The notes beneath the pieces were generated by a model, which worked only from the letters and a program-made list of their open reading frames with translations, made no database searches and was not told where the DNA came from. A stretch of DNA of 64,000 nt from an uncultured delta proteobacterium. GTDB taxonomy: Bacteria > Desulfobacterota > Desulfobaccia > Desulfobaccales > 0-14-0-80-60-11. Position 1 is the stretch's first letter. Each line of letters opens with the position of its first letter. Where the stretch lies: NCBI GenBank assembly GCA_963812015.1, contig CAWETI010000002.1, positions 1,504,001 to 1,568,000 on the forward strand, written 5' to 3'. The translations under genes and the position numbers were made by a program. Below, in pieces: positions 13,820-24,100 of this stretch.

Positions 13820-14217
13820 ATGTGCATGACAGACCCCATCGCCGATATGCTGACCCGGATTCGCAATGCCGGGGGGCGCGTTTCGACAAGGTTGACATTC
13901 CTGCTTCCCGCATGAAGATCAACCTAGCGCGCATCCTCAAGGAAGAAGGGTTCATTAAAAACTATAAGGTCATTAAAGATAATCGCCAAGGCATCCTGCG
14001 AGTCTATCTCAGGTACAGCGACCGTCAGCAACCGCTCATCCAGGGCTTGAAACGGGTTAGTAAACCCGGGCGCCGGGTCTATACCGGCCATGCCGAGCTT
14101 CCCAAAGTCCAGGGGGGCCTGGGGGTGGCGGTTATTTCCACCTCCCAGGGGGTCATCACCGACCGCCAGGCCCGGAAGCTGAGCGTGGGCGGCGAGGTCT
14201 TGTGCGAGATCTGGTAA
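13820..14217 (+). CDS. rpsH: 30S ribosomal protein S8, apparent -1 frameshift at G6 run 13871-13876
   Basis: N-terminus [19 protein letters not shown] in one frame; [11 protein letters not shown]...[10 protein letters not shown]...GGEVLCEIW in another. Confidence 0.95.
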
Positions 14218-14227
14218 AGGTAACTAT

Positions 14228-14767
14228 ATGAGCCGCATCGGAAAACAACCGGTGCCTTTGCCCAAAGGGGTAAAGGTAAAGTTGGAAGAGGGAAAGTTGG
14301 TGGTTACCGGCCCCCGGGGGACCCTGAGCCAGGTCATGCCGCCTCGGGTCAACCTCAACATCTCGGACAAAGAGATCAGGGTGGAACCCCAGGATGACAG
14401 CCGGATCACCCGGTCCTACTGGGGCCTGGCCCGCACCCTGGTGGCCAACATGGTCATCGGGTCGACGGACGGATTCACCAAGGTCCTGGAACTGGTGGGC
14501 ACCGGCTACAAGGTGGAAGCCAAGGGCGATATCCTGGTGTTCAACCTGGGATACTCGAACCCGGTGGAGTTTCCCCTCCCCAAAGGGATCACGGCCAAGG
14601 TGGAAAAGGCCAACCGCATCGAAATCACCGGGGCCAACAAGGAAGTGTTGGGACAGACGGTGGCGGTGATTCACAGGCTGCGGCCACCCGACCCGTATAA
14701 GGGCAAGGGGATCAAGTTTGCCGGCGAAGTGATACGGCGCAAGGTGGGCAAGGCCGGCGGCCGTTAA
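14228..14767 (+). CDS. rplF: 50S ribosomal protein L6
   Basis: [20 protein letters not shown]. Confidence 0.99.
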   Translation: MSRIGKQPVPLPKGVKVKLEEGKLVVTGPRGTLSQVMPPRVNLNISDKEIRVEPQDDSRITRSYWGLARTLVANMVIGSTDGFTKVLELVGTGYKVEAKGDILVFNLGYSNPVEFPLPKGITAKVEKANRIEITGANKEVLGQTVAVIHRLRPPDPYKGKGIKFAGEVIRRKVGKAGGR

Positions 14768-14781
14768 AGGAGACAGGTGGC

Positions 14782-15138
14782 ATGAACCCCAAGGAAGCGG
14801 CGCGGCTCAAGCGCAAACAGCGGATCAAGAAGAAAATCGGGGGCGGGGAGCGTTTGCGTCTCTCGGTCTTCCGGAGCTGCAAGCATATGTACGCGCAGAT
14901 CATCGACGACGGTAAAGGCCAGACCCTGGTGGCGGCCTCCACCTTGAGCGGAGAGCTGAAGGATCAGCTGGGCGGCTTGAAGAAAACCGACGCGGCCAAG
15001 GCCGTGGGCAAGCTGCTGGCGGGCAAGGCCAAGGCTCAGGGCATTGAAAAAGTAGTCTTCGACCGTAACGGGTTTCTCTACCATGGCCGGGTGAAAGCCG
15101 TGGCGGACAGTTGCCGGGAAAACGGCCTGGAATTTTAG
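14782..15138 (+). CDS. rplR: 50S ribosomal protein L18
   Basis: [23 protein letters not shown]. Confidence 0.99.
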   Translation: MNPKEAARLKRKQRIKKKIGGGERLRLSVFRSCKHMYAQIIDDGKGQTLVAASTLSGELKDQLGGLKKTDAAKAVGKLLAGKAKAQGIEKVVFDRNGFLYHGRVKAVADSCRENGLEF

Positions 15139-15147
15139 GAGGTAAGC

Positions 15148-15645
15148 TTGTTCGAGTCAGAGGCAGCGGAGCAGTTAACCGATAAGGTGGTGAGCATCAG
15201 TCGTGTCGCCAAGGTCGTCAAAGGCGGGCGCCGCTTTCGTTTCAGCGCCATTGTGGTGGTAGGTGACGGAGCCGGGCGCGTCGGCGCCGGTCTGGGCAAG
15301 GCCCATGAAGTGCCGGAAGCCATCCGCAAGGCAGTGGAGCAGGCCAAGAAGAACATGATCACGGTCCCCATCCTCAACAGCACCATCCCATACCAGGTGG
15401 TGGGGGAATTCGGGGCCGGCCGGGTGCTCTTAAAGCCGGCTTCGGAAGGCACCGGGGTCATCGCCGGCGGTCCGGTGCGGGCGGTGGTGGAAGTGGCGGG
15501 CATCAAAAACGTCCTCACCAAGTGTTTGGGTTCCCACAACCCCCACAATGCGGTGAAAGCCACCATGGTGGCCTTGCAGATGCTGGCGTCCCCTGAGGAC
15601 GTGGCGGCCCGGCGGAACCGGCCTCTGGCGGAGATACTGGGGTAA
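15148..15645 (+). CDS. rpsE: 30S ribosomal protein S5
   Basis: [33 protein letters not shown] after GGAGG. Confidence 0.99.
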   Translation: MFESEAAEQLTDKVVSISRVAKVVKGGRRFRFSAIVVVGDGAGRVGAGLGKAHEVPEAIRKAVEQAKKNMITVPILNSTIPYQVVGEFGAGRVLLKPASEGTGVIAGGPVRAVVEVAGIKNVLTKCLGSHNPHNAVKATMVALQMLASPEDVAARRNRPLAEILG

Positions 15646-15647
15646 AA

Positions 15648-15711
15648 CTTTGCGTCGTTGCGTCTTGGCGCCTTAGCGTGAAATAACTCACGCAAAGTCG
15701 CAAAGGCGCAA
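15648..15711. repeat. Inverted nonamer-repeat hairpin (TCTTGGCGY)n ... (CGCAAAGG)n
   Basis: tttgcgtcg ttgcgtct tggcgcct tagcgtga ... tcacgcaaagt cgcaaagg cgcaa; related copies at 8943-8992, 18370-18432 and 57852-57870. Confidence 0.75.
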
Positions 15712-15727
15712 GGATAGAGGAATAGCT

Positions 15728-15916
15728 ATGTTTCTCGAGATAACCTTAAAGAAAAGTCCCATCGGCCGGCCGCCGAAGCACCGTCTAACCCTGAAGACCC
15801 TGGGGTTGACCCGCTTGCAGAAAACGGTGCGGCACCGGGAAACCCCTGCGATTTTGGGGATGGTGCACCAAGTGGGGCACCTCCTCGAAGTGCGGCAGGT
15901 TCCCGAAGGAGAATAG
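15728..15916 (+). CDS. rpmD: 50S ribosomal protein L30
   Basis: [23 protein letters not shown]; operon position. Confidence 0.97.
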   Translation: MFLEITLKKSPIGRPPKHRLTLKTLGLTRLQKTVRHRETPAILGMVHQVGHLLEVRQVPEGE

Positions 15917-15919
15917 CAG

Positions 15920-16360
15920 ATGCGCCTATCTGAATTACAACCCAGTCCGGGGTCCAAGCATAAGAAGAAACGGGTCGGCCGCGGTCCTGGTTCGGGTTGG
16001 GGCAAAACTGCGGGCCGAGGCTTCAAAGGGCAGAATTCCCGGGCCGGCGGCGGCACCAGGCCGGGGTTTGAAGGCGGCCAAATGCCTTTGGTCCGGCGGA
16101 TCCCCAAGCGGGGTTTCACCAATATCTTCCGGCAAACCTGGACCATCGTCAACCTGCGGGACCTGAAGCGGTTCCCGGCGGAGGCGGTGGTGGATAAGGA
16201 CGCCTTAAAGGAAGCGGGCCTGGTGAAAAGCCAAGTGAAGCGGATCAAGCTCTTGGGCCAGGGGGAAGTGACCGTGCCCCTGGTGGTCAAGGTGCAGGCG
16301 GTGAGTTCCCAGGCCCGGAGCCGGATCGAAGCTGCCGGAGGGCGAGTGGAGGTCATCTAG
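15920..16360 (+). CDS. rplO: 50S ribosomal protein L15
   Basis: [26 protein letters not shown]. Confidence 0.99.
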   Translation: MRLSELQPSPGSKHKKKRVGRGPGSGWGKTAGRGFKGQNSRAGGGTRPGFEGGQMPLVRRIPKRGFTNIFRQTWTIVNLRDLKRFPAEAVVDKDALKEAGLVKSQVKRIKLLGQGEVTVPLVVKVQAVSSQARSRIEAAGGRVEVI

Positions 16361-17668
16361 GTGTCGGCGTTTTCCAGTATTGCCAAGATCCCAGAGTTGA
16401 AGCGCCGCATCCTGTTTACCTTGCTGATGCTGGCGGTGTATCGCCTGGGCTGCCAGATCCCCACCCCGGGGATCGATGCCGACGCCCTGATGAAGTTTTT
16501 TGCGGCCCAACGGGGCACCATCTTCGGCTTGTTCGACATGTTCTCCGGCGGCGCCCTGGAGCGCCTGAGCGTTTTTGCCCTGGGGATCATGCCGTACATC
16601 AGCGCCGCCATCATCATCGAACTCCTTAAGGTGGTGATCCCGGGTCTGGAGAAGCTCTATAAAGAAGGGGAGTCGGGGCAGAAGAAGATCAAGCAGTACA
16701 CCCGGTACGGCACCGTGGTCATCGCGGCCGTCCAGGGGATCGGCATCGCCGTGGGCCTGGAGAGCATGACCACCGGCGCCGCCCACCAGACGGTGGTCCT
16801 GCATCCAGGCTGGGCCTTCCGCCTGATGACCGTGCTCACCCTGACCTCGGGCACCGCGTTCATCATGTGGCTGGGGGAAATGATTACCGAGCGGGGCATC
16901 GGCAACGGCATCTCGCTGATCATCTTTGCCGGGATCGTGGCCCGGATGCCTTCGGCCCTCATCAAGACCTTGGAGTTGATCAAGACGGGTGAAATCATGC
17001 CCGTCCTGATGGTCCTGCTGATGGTGGCGATGGTGGTGGTGGTGGGTTTCATCGTGTTTGTGGAGCGGGCCCAGCGGCGCATCCAGGTACAATACGCCCG
17101 GCGGGTGGTGGGGCGCAAAATGTACGGCGGCCAGAGCACCCACCTGCCCCTGAAGGTGAACACCTCCGGGGTTATTCCCCCCATCTTCGCCTCGTCGCTC
17201 CTGATGTTTCCGGCCACGATTGCGAGCTTCGTCCACAATGACTGGGTCAAATGGGCGGCGGACGCCATGTCACCGGGGGGCGGGATTCACGACTTTATTT
17301 ATGTAGGCCTCATCTTCTTTTTCTGCTATTTCTACACCGCGGTGACCTTTAACCCGGTGGACGTGGCGGATAATTTGAAAAAGTGGGGCGGCTATGTTCC
17401 GGGCCTGCGGCCGGGGAAGCCCACCTCAGAATATATTGACCGGATCCTGACGCGTATCACCCTGGGAGGTGCGGTTTACGTGTCGGCAGTGTGCGTGCTG
17501 CCCTCCATTCTGATCCGGAAGTTCAATGTCCCCTTTTACTTCGGGGGTACGGCCCTGTTAATCGTGGTGGGGGTGGCCATGGATACCATGAGCCAGATCG
17601 AATCGCATCTATTGACCCGCCACTACGAAGGTTTCATGAAAAAACGCATGAGCCGAGTACGGCGTTGA
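16361..17668 (+). CDS. secY: Preprotein translocase SecY
   Basis: [40 protein letters not shown]. Confidence 0.99.
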   Translation: MSAFSSIAKIPELKRRILFTLLMLAVYRLGCQIPTPGIDADALMKFFAAQRGTIFGLFDMFSGGALERLSVFALGIMPYISAAIIIELLKVVIPGLEKLYKEGESGQKKIKQYTRYGTVVIAAVQGIGIAVGLESMTTGAAHQTVVLHPGWAFRLMTVLTLTSGTAFIMWLGEMITERGIGNGISLIIFAGIVARMPSALIKTLELIKTGEIMPVLMVLLMVAMVVVVGFIVFVERAQRRIQVQYARRVVGRKMYGGQSTHLPLKVNTSGVIPPIFASSLLMFPATIASFVHNDWVKWAADAMSPGGGIHDFIYVGLIFFFCYFYTAVTFNPVDVADNLKKWGGYVPGLRPGKPTSEYIDRILTRITLGGAVYVSAVCVLPSILIRKFNVPFYFGGTALLIVVGVAMDTMSQIESHLLTRHYEGFMKKRMSRVRR

Positions 17669-17687
17669 CCTAAATAAGGAGGAAGTT

Positions 17688-18365
17688 ATGAATCTGATCC
17701 TGTTGGGCGGCCCAGGGGCGGGCAAAGGTACGCAAGCCAAGAAACTTATCGAGAAATTTCAGATCCCTCAGATTTCCACCGGCGACATCCTCCGGGCGGC
17801 GGTGAAAGAAGGGACGGAAATGGGCCGCAAGGCCAAAGAATACATGGATTCCGGGAAACTGGTCCCCGATGAAGTGGTCATCGGCATCATCAAAGATCGC
17901 CTGGCGCAGGCGGACTGCAAGAAAGGGTTCATCCTGGACGGCTTTCCCCGGACGGTGCCCCAGGCCGAAGCTTTGGACAAGGTGCTGACCGACCTGGGCA
18001 CCAAGATCGACCACGTGGTCAGCATCGACGTGGACGAAGAAGCATTGGTGGTTCGCCTTACCGGGCGGCGGACCTGCAAAAACGCGGCCTGCGGCCAGAT
18101 GTTCCACATCAAGTTCACTCCCGCCAAGAAGGAAGGGGTATGCGACAAGTGCGGCGCCGAGCTCTATCAGCGGGACGACGACAACGAAGCTACGGTGCGC
18201 AACCGCCTGGCCACTTACAACCAGGCCACCGCGCCGCTCATCGGTTACTACAGCGCTAAACATCTGGTGCGGCCGATTAAAGGGGTGGGGGGCATCGACG
18301 ACATCTTTAAACAGATCGTGAACATCGTCTCGGGAGCCGGCTGCAGCTGTGGCTGCAAGCACTAA
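17688..18365 (+). CDS. adk: Adenylate kinase (Zn-LID type)
   Basis: GGPGAGKGT, STGDILR, LDGFPRT, LID CKNAAC...CDKC. Confidence 0.99.
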   Translation: MNLILLGGPGAGKGTQAKKLIEKFQIPQISTGDILRAAVKEGTEMGRKAKEYMDSGKLVPDEVVIGIIKDRLAQADCKKGFILDGFPRTVPQAEALDKVLTDLGTKIDHVVSIDVDEEALVVRLTGRRTCKNAACGQMFHIKFTPAKKEGVCDKCGAELYQRDDDNEATVRNRLATYNQATAPLIGYYSAKHLVRPIKGVGGIDDIFKQIVNIVSGAGCSCGCKH

Positions 18366-18440
18366 AGTTTTTCGGCGTTCTTTGCGTCTTGGCAGGACGC
18401 CGCACGCAAAGGCGCCAAGACGCAGAGGCGCAACGGTTCT

Positions 18441-19187
18441 ATGATTCTGTTAAAATCCCTCCAGGAAATCGCCAAGATGGAGGTGGCCAACCGCATCGTG
18501 GCCGAAATCCTGGAGGGGCTTAAAGAAAAGGTCCAGCCGGGGATCGAGACCCGGGAGCTGAATGAGGCGGCGGAGGAGATGTGCCGCCAGCGCCGGGTCC
18601 AGCCGGCCTTTAAGGGCTATCGCGGCTATCCCGGGTCCGTGTGTGTGTCGGTGAACGAAGAGGTAGTGCACGGGATCCCCGGGCCTCGCCGTCTTAAGGC
18701 GGGGGACCTGGTAAGCCTGGATTTCGGGGTGAAGTACGACGGCTACTATGGGGATGCGGCCATTACGGTGCCGGTGGGGGAAGTGGACCCCAAGGCCTTG
18801 GCCCTCATGGAAGCCACGGAGAAATCCCTGTACGCCGGCATCGCCATGGTCAAGGCGGGCAACCATTTGTCCGACATCTCCCACGCGGTGCAGAGCGTGG
18901 TGGAGGGGGCCGGATTTGGGGTTATCCGGGAGTTTGTGGGACACGGCATCGGCCGGTCGCTCCATGAAGACCCGCAGATCCCTAATTTTGGGCCGCCGGG
19001 GCGGGGGCCGACCTTGCAGGTCGGTATGACCCTGGCCATTGAGCCCATGACCGCCCTGGGTTCCTGGCAGGTGCGGGTGTTAAAGGATGGTTGGACCGCG
19101 GTCACCCAGGATGGGTCTTACGCGGCGCATTTTGAACATAGCGTGGCGTTGACGGAGACCGGCGTCTTGATTTTGAGCCGACTCTAA
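18441..19187 (+). CDS. map: Methionine aminopeptidase type I
   Basis: VVHGIP, GDAAIT, GHGIGRSLHEDP, AIEPM, AHFEHS. Confidence 0.99.
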   Translation: MILLKSLQEIAKMEVANRIVAEILEGLKEKVQPGIETRELNEAAEEMCRQRRVQPAFKGYRGYPGSVCVSVNEEVVHGIPGPRRLKAGDLVSLDFGVKYDGYYGDAAITVPVGEVDPKALALMEATEKSLYAGIAMVKAGNHLSDISHAVQSVVEGAGFGVIREFVGHGIGRSLHEDPQIPNFGPPGRGPTLQVGMTLAIEPMTALGSWQVRVLKDGWTAVTQDGSYAAHFEHSVALTETGVLILSRL

Positions 19188-19232
19188 TTTATATTCTATT
19201 AACCATTTGAAATAACTATAAAGACACGGTAG

Positions 19233-19451
19233 ATGCCAAAAGAAGATGCCATCGAAGTCGAAGGGACGGTTGTCGAGCCTCTCCCCAATGCCATGTTTCG
19301 GGTAGAACTGCCCAACGGGCATAAGGTACTGGCTCATATTTCCGGGAAGATGAGGATGCACTACATCAAGATTCTCCCGGGAGACAAGGTTATTATGGAA
19401 TTATCGCCCTATGACCTAAGTCGAGGGCGGATCGTTTACCGGGTCAGATAG
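19233..19451 (+). CDS. infA: Translation initiation factor IF-1
   Basis: [27 protein letters not shown]. Confidence 0.99.
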   Translation: MPKEDAIEVEGTVVEPLPNAMFRVELPNGHKVLAHISGKMRMHYIKILPGDKVIMELSPYDLSRGRIVYRVR

Positions 19452-19461
19452 GACAAAACTT

Positions 19462-19575
19462 ATGAAAGTCAGGGCCTCAGTGAAACGGATGTGCGCCAAG
19501 TGTAAGATTATTCGCCGTAAACGCGTAGTGCGGGTGATCTGCGAAAATCCCAAGCATAAGCAGCGTCAAGGCTAA
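19462..19575 (+). CDS. rpmJ: 50S ribosomal protein L36 (absent from ORF track)
   Basis: Manual translation [37 protein letters not shown]. Confidence 0.98.
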   Translation: MKVRASVKRMCAKCKIIRRKRVVRVICENPKHKQRQG

Positions 19576-19590
19576 AGGGGAGGGAAGGCA

Positions 19591-19965
19591 TTGGCCAGAA
19601 TCGCCGGGATCGATTTACCCCGAAACAAGAGAATCGAGATTGCCCTCACGTATATATTCGGCATCGGGCGCACCAGCGCGGGGCGGGTACTCCAGGAAGC
19701 GAAGGTGGACCCCAGCACCAAGACGTCCGAGTTGACCGAGGCCGAAGTCACCAGCATCCGCCAGGTGATCGACCATACCTGCAAAGTGGAAGGTGACCTG
19801 CGGCGGGAAATCTCCATGGATATTAAGCGCCTGATGGATCTGGGTTGCTACCGGGGCCTGCGGCACCGTAGAAGCCTGCCGGTCCGGGGGCAGCGGACCC
19901 ATACGAACGCCCGCACCCGGAAAGGCCCGCGGCGCAGCGTCGTGGGCAAACGGAAGAAAGTTTAA
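19591..19965 (+). CDS. rpsM: 30S ribosomal protein S13
   Basis: [30 protein letters not shown]. Confidence 0.99.
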   Translation: MARIAGIDLPRNKRIEIALTYIFGIGRTSAGRVLQEAKVDPSTKTSELTEAEVTSIRQVIDHTCKVEGDLRREISMDIKRLMDLGCYRGLRHRRSLPVRGQRTHTNARTRKGPRRSVVGKRKKV

Positions 19966-19974
19966 GGAGGGGCG

Positions 19975-20367
19975 ATGGCCAGAGCGCAGTCACGCACCAA
20001 GAAGAAAAAGGAAAAGAAGAATATCCCTGTGGGGGTGGCTCACATCAAGGCCACGTTCAACAATACCCTGGTGACCATCACCGATCCGGCGGGCAATGTC
20101 GTGTCGTGGTCGTCGGCGGGGGTCCAGGGATTCAAGGGATCACGGAAGGGCACGCCCTTCGCGGCCCAGTTGGCAGGCCAGGATGCCGCCAAAAAGGCCA
20201 TGGAACACGGCATGCGCAACGTGGACGTCTTTGTCAAAGGGCCGGGCGCGGGCCGGGAAGCGGCCCTGAGGGCCTTGCAGTCAGCCGGCCTGAGCGTCAA
20301 CTTGATCCGGGATGTCAGCCCAATTCCCCACAATGGCTGCCGCCCCCCCAAACGTCGTCGGGTTTAA
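19975..20367 (+). CDS. rpsK: 30S ribosomal protein S11
   Basis: [27 protein letters not shown]. Confidence 0.99.
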   Translation: MARAQSRTKKKKEKKNIPVGVAHIKATFNNTLVTITDPAGNVVSWSSAGVQGFKGSRKGTPFAAQLAGQDAAKKAMEHGMRNVDVFVKGPGAGREAALRALQSAGLSVNLIRDVSPIPHNGCRPPKRRRV

Positions 20368-20385
20368 ATGGAGAGGTGATCGATA

Positions 20386-21012
20386 GTGGCTAGATATGTG
20401 GGACCAGTTTGCCGGCTTTGCCGCCGGGAGGGGATGCAGCTCTACCTCAAGGGGGATCGCTGTTACACGGATAAATGCGCCATTGAGCGGCGTCATTATC
20501 CGCCGGGACAGCACGGCCAGCGCCGGAGCAAACTTTCCGACTACGGCGCCCAGCTCCGGGAGAAGCAAAAGGTTAAGCGCATTTACGGCGTGTTGGAGAA
20601 ACAATTCAGCAGTTATTTTGAGAAGGCCGAAGGGCAGAAAGGTGTTACCGGCACCAACCTGTTGGTTTTCCTGGAACGGCGTCTGGATAACATAGTTTAC
20701 CGTTTGGGGTTTGCCAACTCACGGACCCAGGCCCGGCAATTGGTGCGCCATAACTATATTATGGTCAACGGCGGCAAGGTAAATCTCCCTTCCTTTCTAG
20801 TGAAGACGGGGGATGTGATCCAGGTGACGGAGAAGGGTCGCAGCCTGCCACTGATCCGCGATGCCATGGAGGCGGTGGCCCGGCGGGGATGTCCCCCCTG
20901 GCTGGAGTTCAACAAGGATGAGGCTCAAGGGAAGGTGGTAATGTTCCCCACCCGGGAAGATATCACCATGCCGATCCAAGAACATCTCATCGTGGAGCTT
21001 TATTCCAAATAG
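20386..21012 (+). CDS. rpsD: 30S ribosomal protein S4
   Basis: [35 protein letters not shown]. Confidence 0.99.
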   Translation: MARYVGPVCRLCRREGMQLYLKGDRCYTDKCAIERRHYPPGQHGQRRSKLSDYGAQLREKQKVKRIYGVLEKQFSSYFEKAEGQKGVTGTNLLVFLERRLDNIVYRLGFANSRTQARQLVRHNYIMVNGGKVNLPSFLVKTGDVIQVTEKGRSLPLIRDAMEAVARRGCPPWLEFNKDEAQGKVVMFPTREDITMPIQEHLIVELYSK

Positions 21013-21146
21013 CATCATGACCCTTTATGTTCCCAAACTCCCCCCGGCAGCCGGAAGGTCCTTGGGGGGAGATGGATTTTTCGTAAGGCCGGGCAAGTGC
21101 GGCTGGAATCCCGGGACATAAAAGCCTAGTAGTTTTCTGAGGAGCC

Positions 21147-22160
21147 ATGATCCACAAAAACTGGACCGATATCATTAAGCCCAAACGGCTGGAAGTTGAT
21201 AGTGAGACCCACAACCGCCTTTATGGCAAGTTCGCCTGCGAGCCTCTGGAGCGCGGCTTCGGCACCACCTTGGGGAACGCCCTGAGGCGGGTTTTGCTTT
21301 CTTCCCTGCGGGGATCGGCCATCACTGCGGTCCGCATCAAGGATGTCTATCACGAATTTTCCGCCATCCCCGGGGTATTGGAAGACGTCACCGAGATCCT
21401 GCTCAATTTAAAGCAGGTGCGTTTGAAGATACTTGCCGATGGGGTCAGGATGTTGCAACTGGAGGCCCGCGGCCAGGGGGAGATCAAAGCCGGAGACATC
21501 CAGACGGATGGCATGGTAGAAATTCTCAACCCCGAGCATCACATCGCCACGCTGACGTCGGACGGCGAATTGGTGATGGAGATGACGGTCAAGACCGGCA
21601 AGGGCTTTGTGCCCGGCGAGGCCAATAAAGAAGAGGATCAACCCATCGGCTATATCCCCCTGGACGCCAGCTTTGCTCCCGTTCGCAAGGTCAACTACGT
21701 GGTGACCCAGGCCCGGGTGGGACAACGGACCGACTATGACAAGCTGACGCTGGAGGTCTGGACCGACGGCAGCATCACCCCGGAAAACGCCATCGCCTAC
21801 GCCGCCAAGATTCTTAAAGAACATTTGACCATGTTCATTAACTTCGAAGAGGAACCCCTGGGGCAGGAAGAGAAGTCCACGGAAGAACCGCCTGCCTTTA
21901 ACGAGAACCTCTACCGCAGTGTCAATGAACTGGAACTGTCGGTGCGGGCCGCCAACTGCTTGAGGAACGCCAATATCCGTTATATCGGCGAGTTGGTTCA
22001 GAAAACCGAGCAGGAGATGCTGAAGACCAAGAATTTCGGCCGCAAATCTCTCAACGAGATCAAAGAGATTCTCATGGAGATGGGGCTGCACCTGGGGATG
22101 AAACTGGAAAGCTTCGTTCCCCCCGATCAGATGCCGGAAAGGAAGGAAGAGGTCGCATGA
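21147..22160 (+). CDS. rpoA: RNA polymerase alpha subunit
   Basis: [37 protein letters not shown]. Confidence 0.99.
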   Translation: MIHKNWTDIIKPKRLEVDSETHNRLYGKFACEPLERGFGTTLGNALRRVLLSSLRGSAITAVRIKDVYHEFSAIPGVLEDVTEILLNLKQVRLKILADGVRMLQLEARGQGEIKAGDIQTDGMVEILNPEHHIATLTSDGELVMEMTVKTGKGFVPGEANKEEDQPIGYIPLDASFAPVRKVNYVVTQARVGQRTDYDKLTLEVWTDGSITPENAIAYAAKILKEHLTMFINFEEEPLGQEEKSTEEPPAFNENLYRSVNELELSVRAANCLRNANIRYIGELVQKTEQEMLKTKNFGRKSLNEIKEILMEMGLHLGMKLESFVPPDQMPERKEEVA

Positions 22161-22558
22161 GACACTTAAAGGCTGGTCGGCGCCTGTCCCGGACCACGGA
22201 GCATCGCCTCGCCATGCTTCGGAATTTGGTGACCGCGCTGTTGGAAAAGGAGCGGATAGAAACCACCCGGGCCAAGGCCAAGGAGGCCCGCCAATGGGCC
22301 GAGAAGATCATCACCCTGGCCAAACGGGGCGATTTGCACGCCCGGCGCCTGACCCTTGCGGTAGTGCGCTCCAAGAAGGTGGTGGCCAAACTCTTTACGG
22401 AATTGCGGGAGCGTTACCAGGACCGGCCCGGGGGTTATACCCGGATCATCCCCCTGGGGATCAGGTTGGGTGACGGGGCTGCCATGTCCATCCTGGAACT
22501 GGTGGATCGTCCCGAAACCCTCCCCAAGGCCAAGAAAAAGAAGGCCGCTGAAGGCTAA
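22157..22558 (+). CDS. rplQ: 50S ribosomal protein L17
   Basis: [31 protein letters not shown]. Confidence 0.99.
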   Translation: MRHLKAGRRLSRTTEHRLAMLRNLVTALLEKERIETTRAKAKEARQWAEKIITLAKRGDLHARRLTLAVVRSKKVVAKLFTELRERYQDRPGGYTRIIPLGIRLGDGAAMSILELVDRPETLPKAKKKKAAEG

Positions 22559-22570
22559 CCGTTTTCTCCT

Positions 22571-22616
22571 CGCCGGGGGCAGAGGCCTGAAGGCTTCTGT
22601 CCCCGGCGCATTTTTT
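22571..22616 (+). terminator. Intrinsic terminator of alpha operon
   Basis: CGCCGGGGGCAGAGGCC-TGAA-GGCTTCTGTCCCCGGCG then CA-T6. Confidence 0.8.
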
Positions 22617-22807
22617 CCGGGCCTACCCTCCGGGGCGGGCCGCTCACGGGGCACCCCCCCGGGGTTCCGCCGGGATTGCTGCGGCACCGCCGGGCCGCCC
22701 TGGCCTGGGGCGGCCTCCGTCACTCATTATTCTTCTTCAATAACCCATTAATTTTGTTAAACATCCACTACGAGGCCGGGGTGAGCTGAAAAAAAGGAAA
22801 AAAAGGT

Positions 22808-22836
22808 TTGACATCGGAGTTTTCTTATATTAAGTT
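22808..22836 (+). promoter_or_regulatory. sigma70 promoter of NlpC/P60 gene
   Basis: TTGACA-N17-TAAGTT with an A-rich UP-like tract upstream. Confidence 0.65.
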
Positions 22837-23021
22837 GCAGCCAATTGAATAGGTATTTTTACCTAAATTGCCATAGGTAGAATAACTGTTTCACCCTCAG
22901 TAAAATTACCTAGACCATAAAGGGATGCTCTTTAGCAGGATGAGCATTTCCGGCCAAGAGACCGGAGCTAAAAAAGCTTTTAGTTCCCATCAGGATTGTC
23001 CCATAACAAAGGAGGTTCTGG

Positions 23022-23855
23022 ATGGTGAATCGAGTATTTTGGAGTGCGCTTGTCACCCTGGCGTTAACCTTTTCACCCAATCTGGCTCATTCAGTTCCCA
23101 CCAAGAGTCTCAAAAAGAAGTCATCCAAACCCGAGTCGCGGGTGACTAAAAAGAGCAAGTCCAGCAGCCACAAATCTCAAGTATGTCGCAGCAGCTCTTC
23201 CTCGCGGGAGTCCCAGCAGGAGTCCCGGGAAGTGGTAGAGTCCTCCATGGTTCCCAGTTCCAGCCGGAGTAGAGTGTCGGAAACCCAGCCACTGATGAAG
23301 GTTACCCCCCAGCGGGACGGCAAGTTTTTGCTGGAGCCGCTGACCGCCCCCAAAAAGACCATTACCACGCCGCTGTCGCAGCCGCCCAGGCAGGAGGACA
23401 AAAACGATCGGGTGTCTTCGACCTCCCGTGGCTATAATACGTTTGAACCCTGGGATTTCTCTCAGCTGGTCTTATCCAAGGCTCAGGCCTATCGTCACGC
23501 CCCCTACGCCCGGGGCGCGTCCCTGGAGAACGGCTCGGCTACGGATTGCTCCGGGTTTGTCCAGTTCATCTACCATGGGTTTAAAATCGACCTACCCCGC
23601 TCCAGCGCCGAGCAGTCCCAGGTGGGGAAGGTGGTGACCCAGCAGATGGATTTCTCCAAGCTGCTGCCCGGGGACCTGCTGTTCTTCCGCCGGGGAGGTG
23701 GCGTGGGGCATGCGGGGATCTACCTGGGTGAGGGCAAGATGATCCATGCCTCCAACCATCGGAACGGCGTTACCATCACGGACCTGCGGCAGCCCTACTA
23801 CGAAGGTACGTTTGTGGTGGCAAAACGGGTTTTTGAGGTGAAGTACCCCAATTAA
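23022..23855 (+). CDS. Secreted NlpC/P60 (C40) cell-wall peptidase
   Basis: Signal peptide, Ser/Lys low-complexity linker, DCSGFV...LPRSS...PGDLLFF...GHAGIYLG...MIHAS (Cys-His-His); AAGGAGG RBS. Confidence 0.93.
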   Translation: MVNRVFWSALVTLALTFSPNLAHSVPTKSLKKKSSKPESRVTKKSKSSSHKSQVCRSSSSSRESQQESREVVESSMVPSSSRSRVSETQPLMKVTPQRDGKFLLEPLTAPKKTITTPLSQPPRQEDKNDRVSSTSRGYNTFEPWDFSQLVLSKAQAYRHAPYARGASLENGSATDCSGFVQFIYHGFKIDLPRSSAEQSQVGKVVTQQMDFSKLLPGDLLFFRRGGGVGHAGIYLGEGKMIHASNHRNGVTITDLRQPYYEGTFVVAKRVFEVKYPN

Positions 23856-23916
23856 TGTATCTTCTGCCGGGGCTTTTTCCCTGCCCGCGGTTCCGCACCG
23901 ACAATTTTACTAGACG

Positions 23917-23985
23917 CTGGCCCAGGCCGGTCTGCCAGGCCCCACAGGTTTTGGGGCAGGGGCAGGACCGGGTTCCCTGGGCCAG
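23917..23985. repeat. Long GC-rich imperfect hairpin
   Basis: CTGGCCCAGG/CCTGGGCCAG, CCGGTC/GACCGG and GCCCCA/TGGGGC nested arms. Confidence 0.6.
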
Positions 23986-24100
23986 AAGTACTTTTCGGGG
24001 TGTTTTCCCAGGGGGGAAGCCCGTCTCTCCATGATGGTCGTGCTTAACCTGAGGAGATGGCTTACTGAGTATGGATCTCTAGCCTGCCAAGAGCAATCCC

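Noticed and set aside
22842..23021. c-di-AMP (ydaO) or c-di-GMP riboswitch upstream of NlpC/P60
   Set aside because: I could not find the conserved sequence blocks of either class; kept only as an unknown leader.
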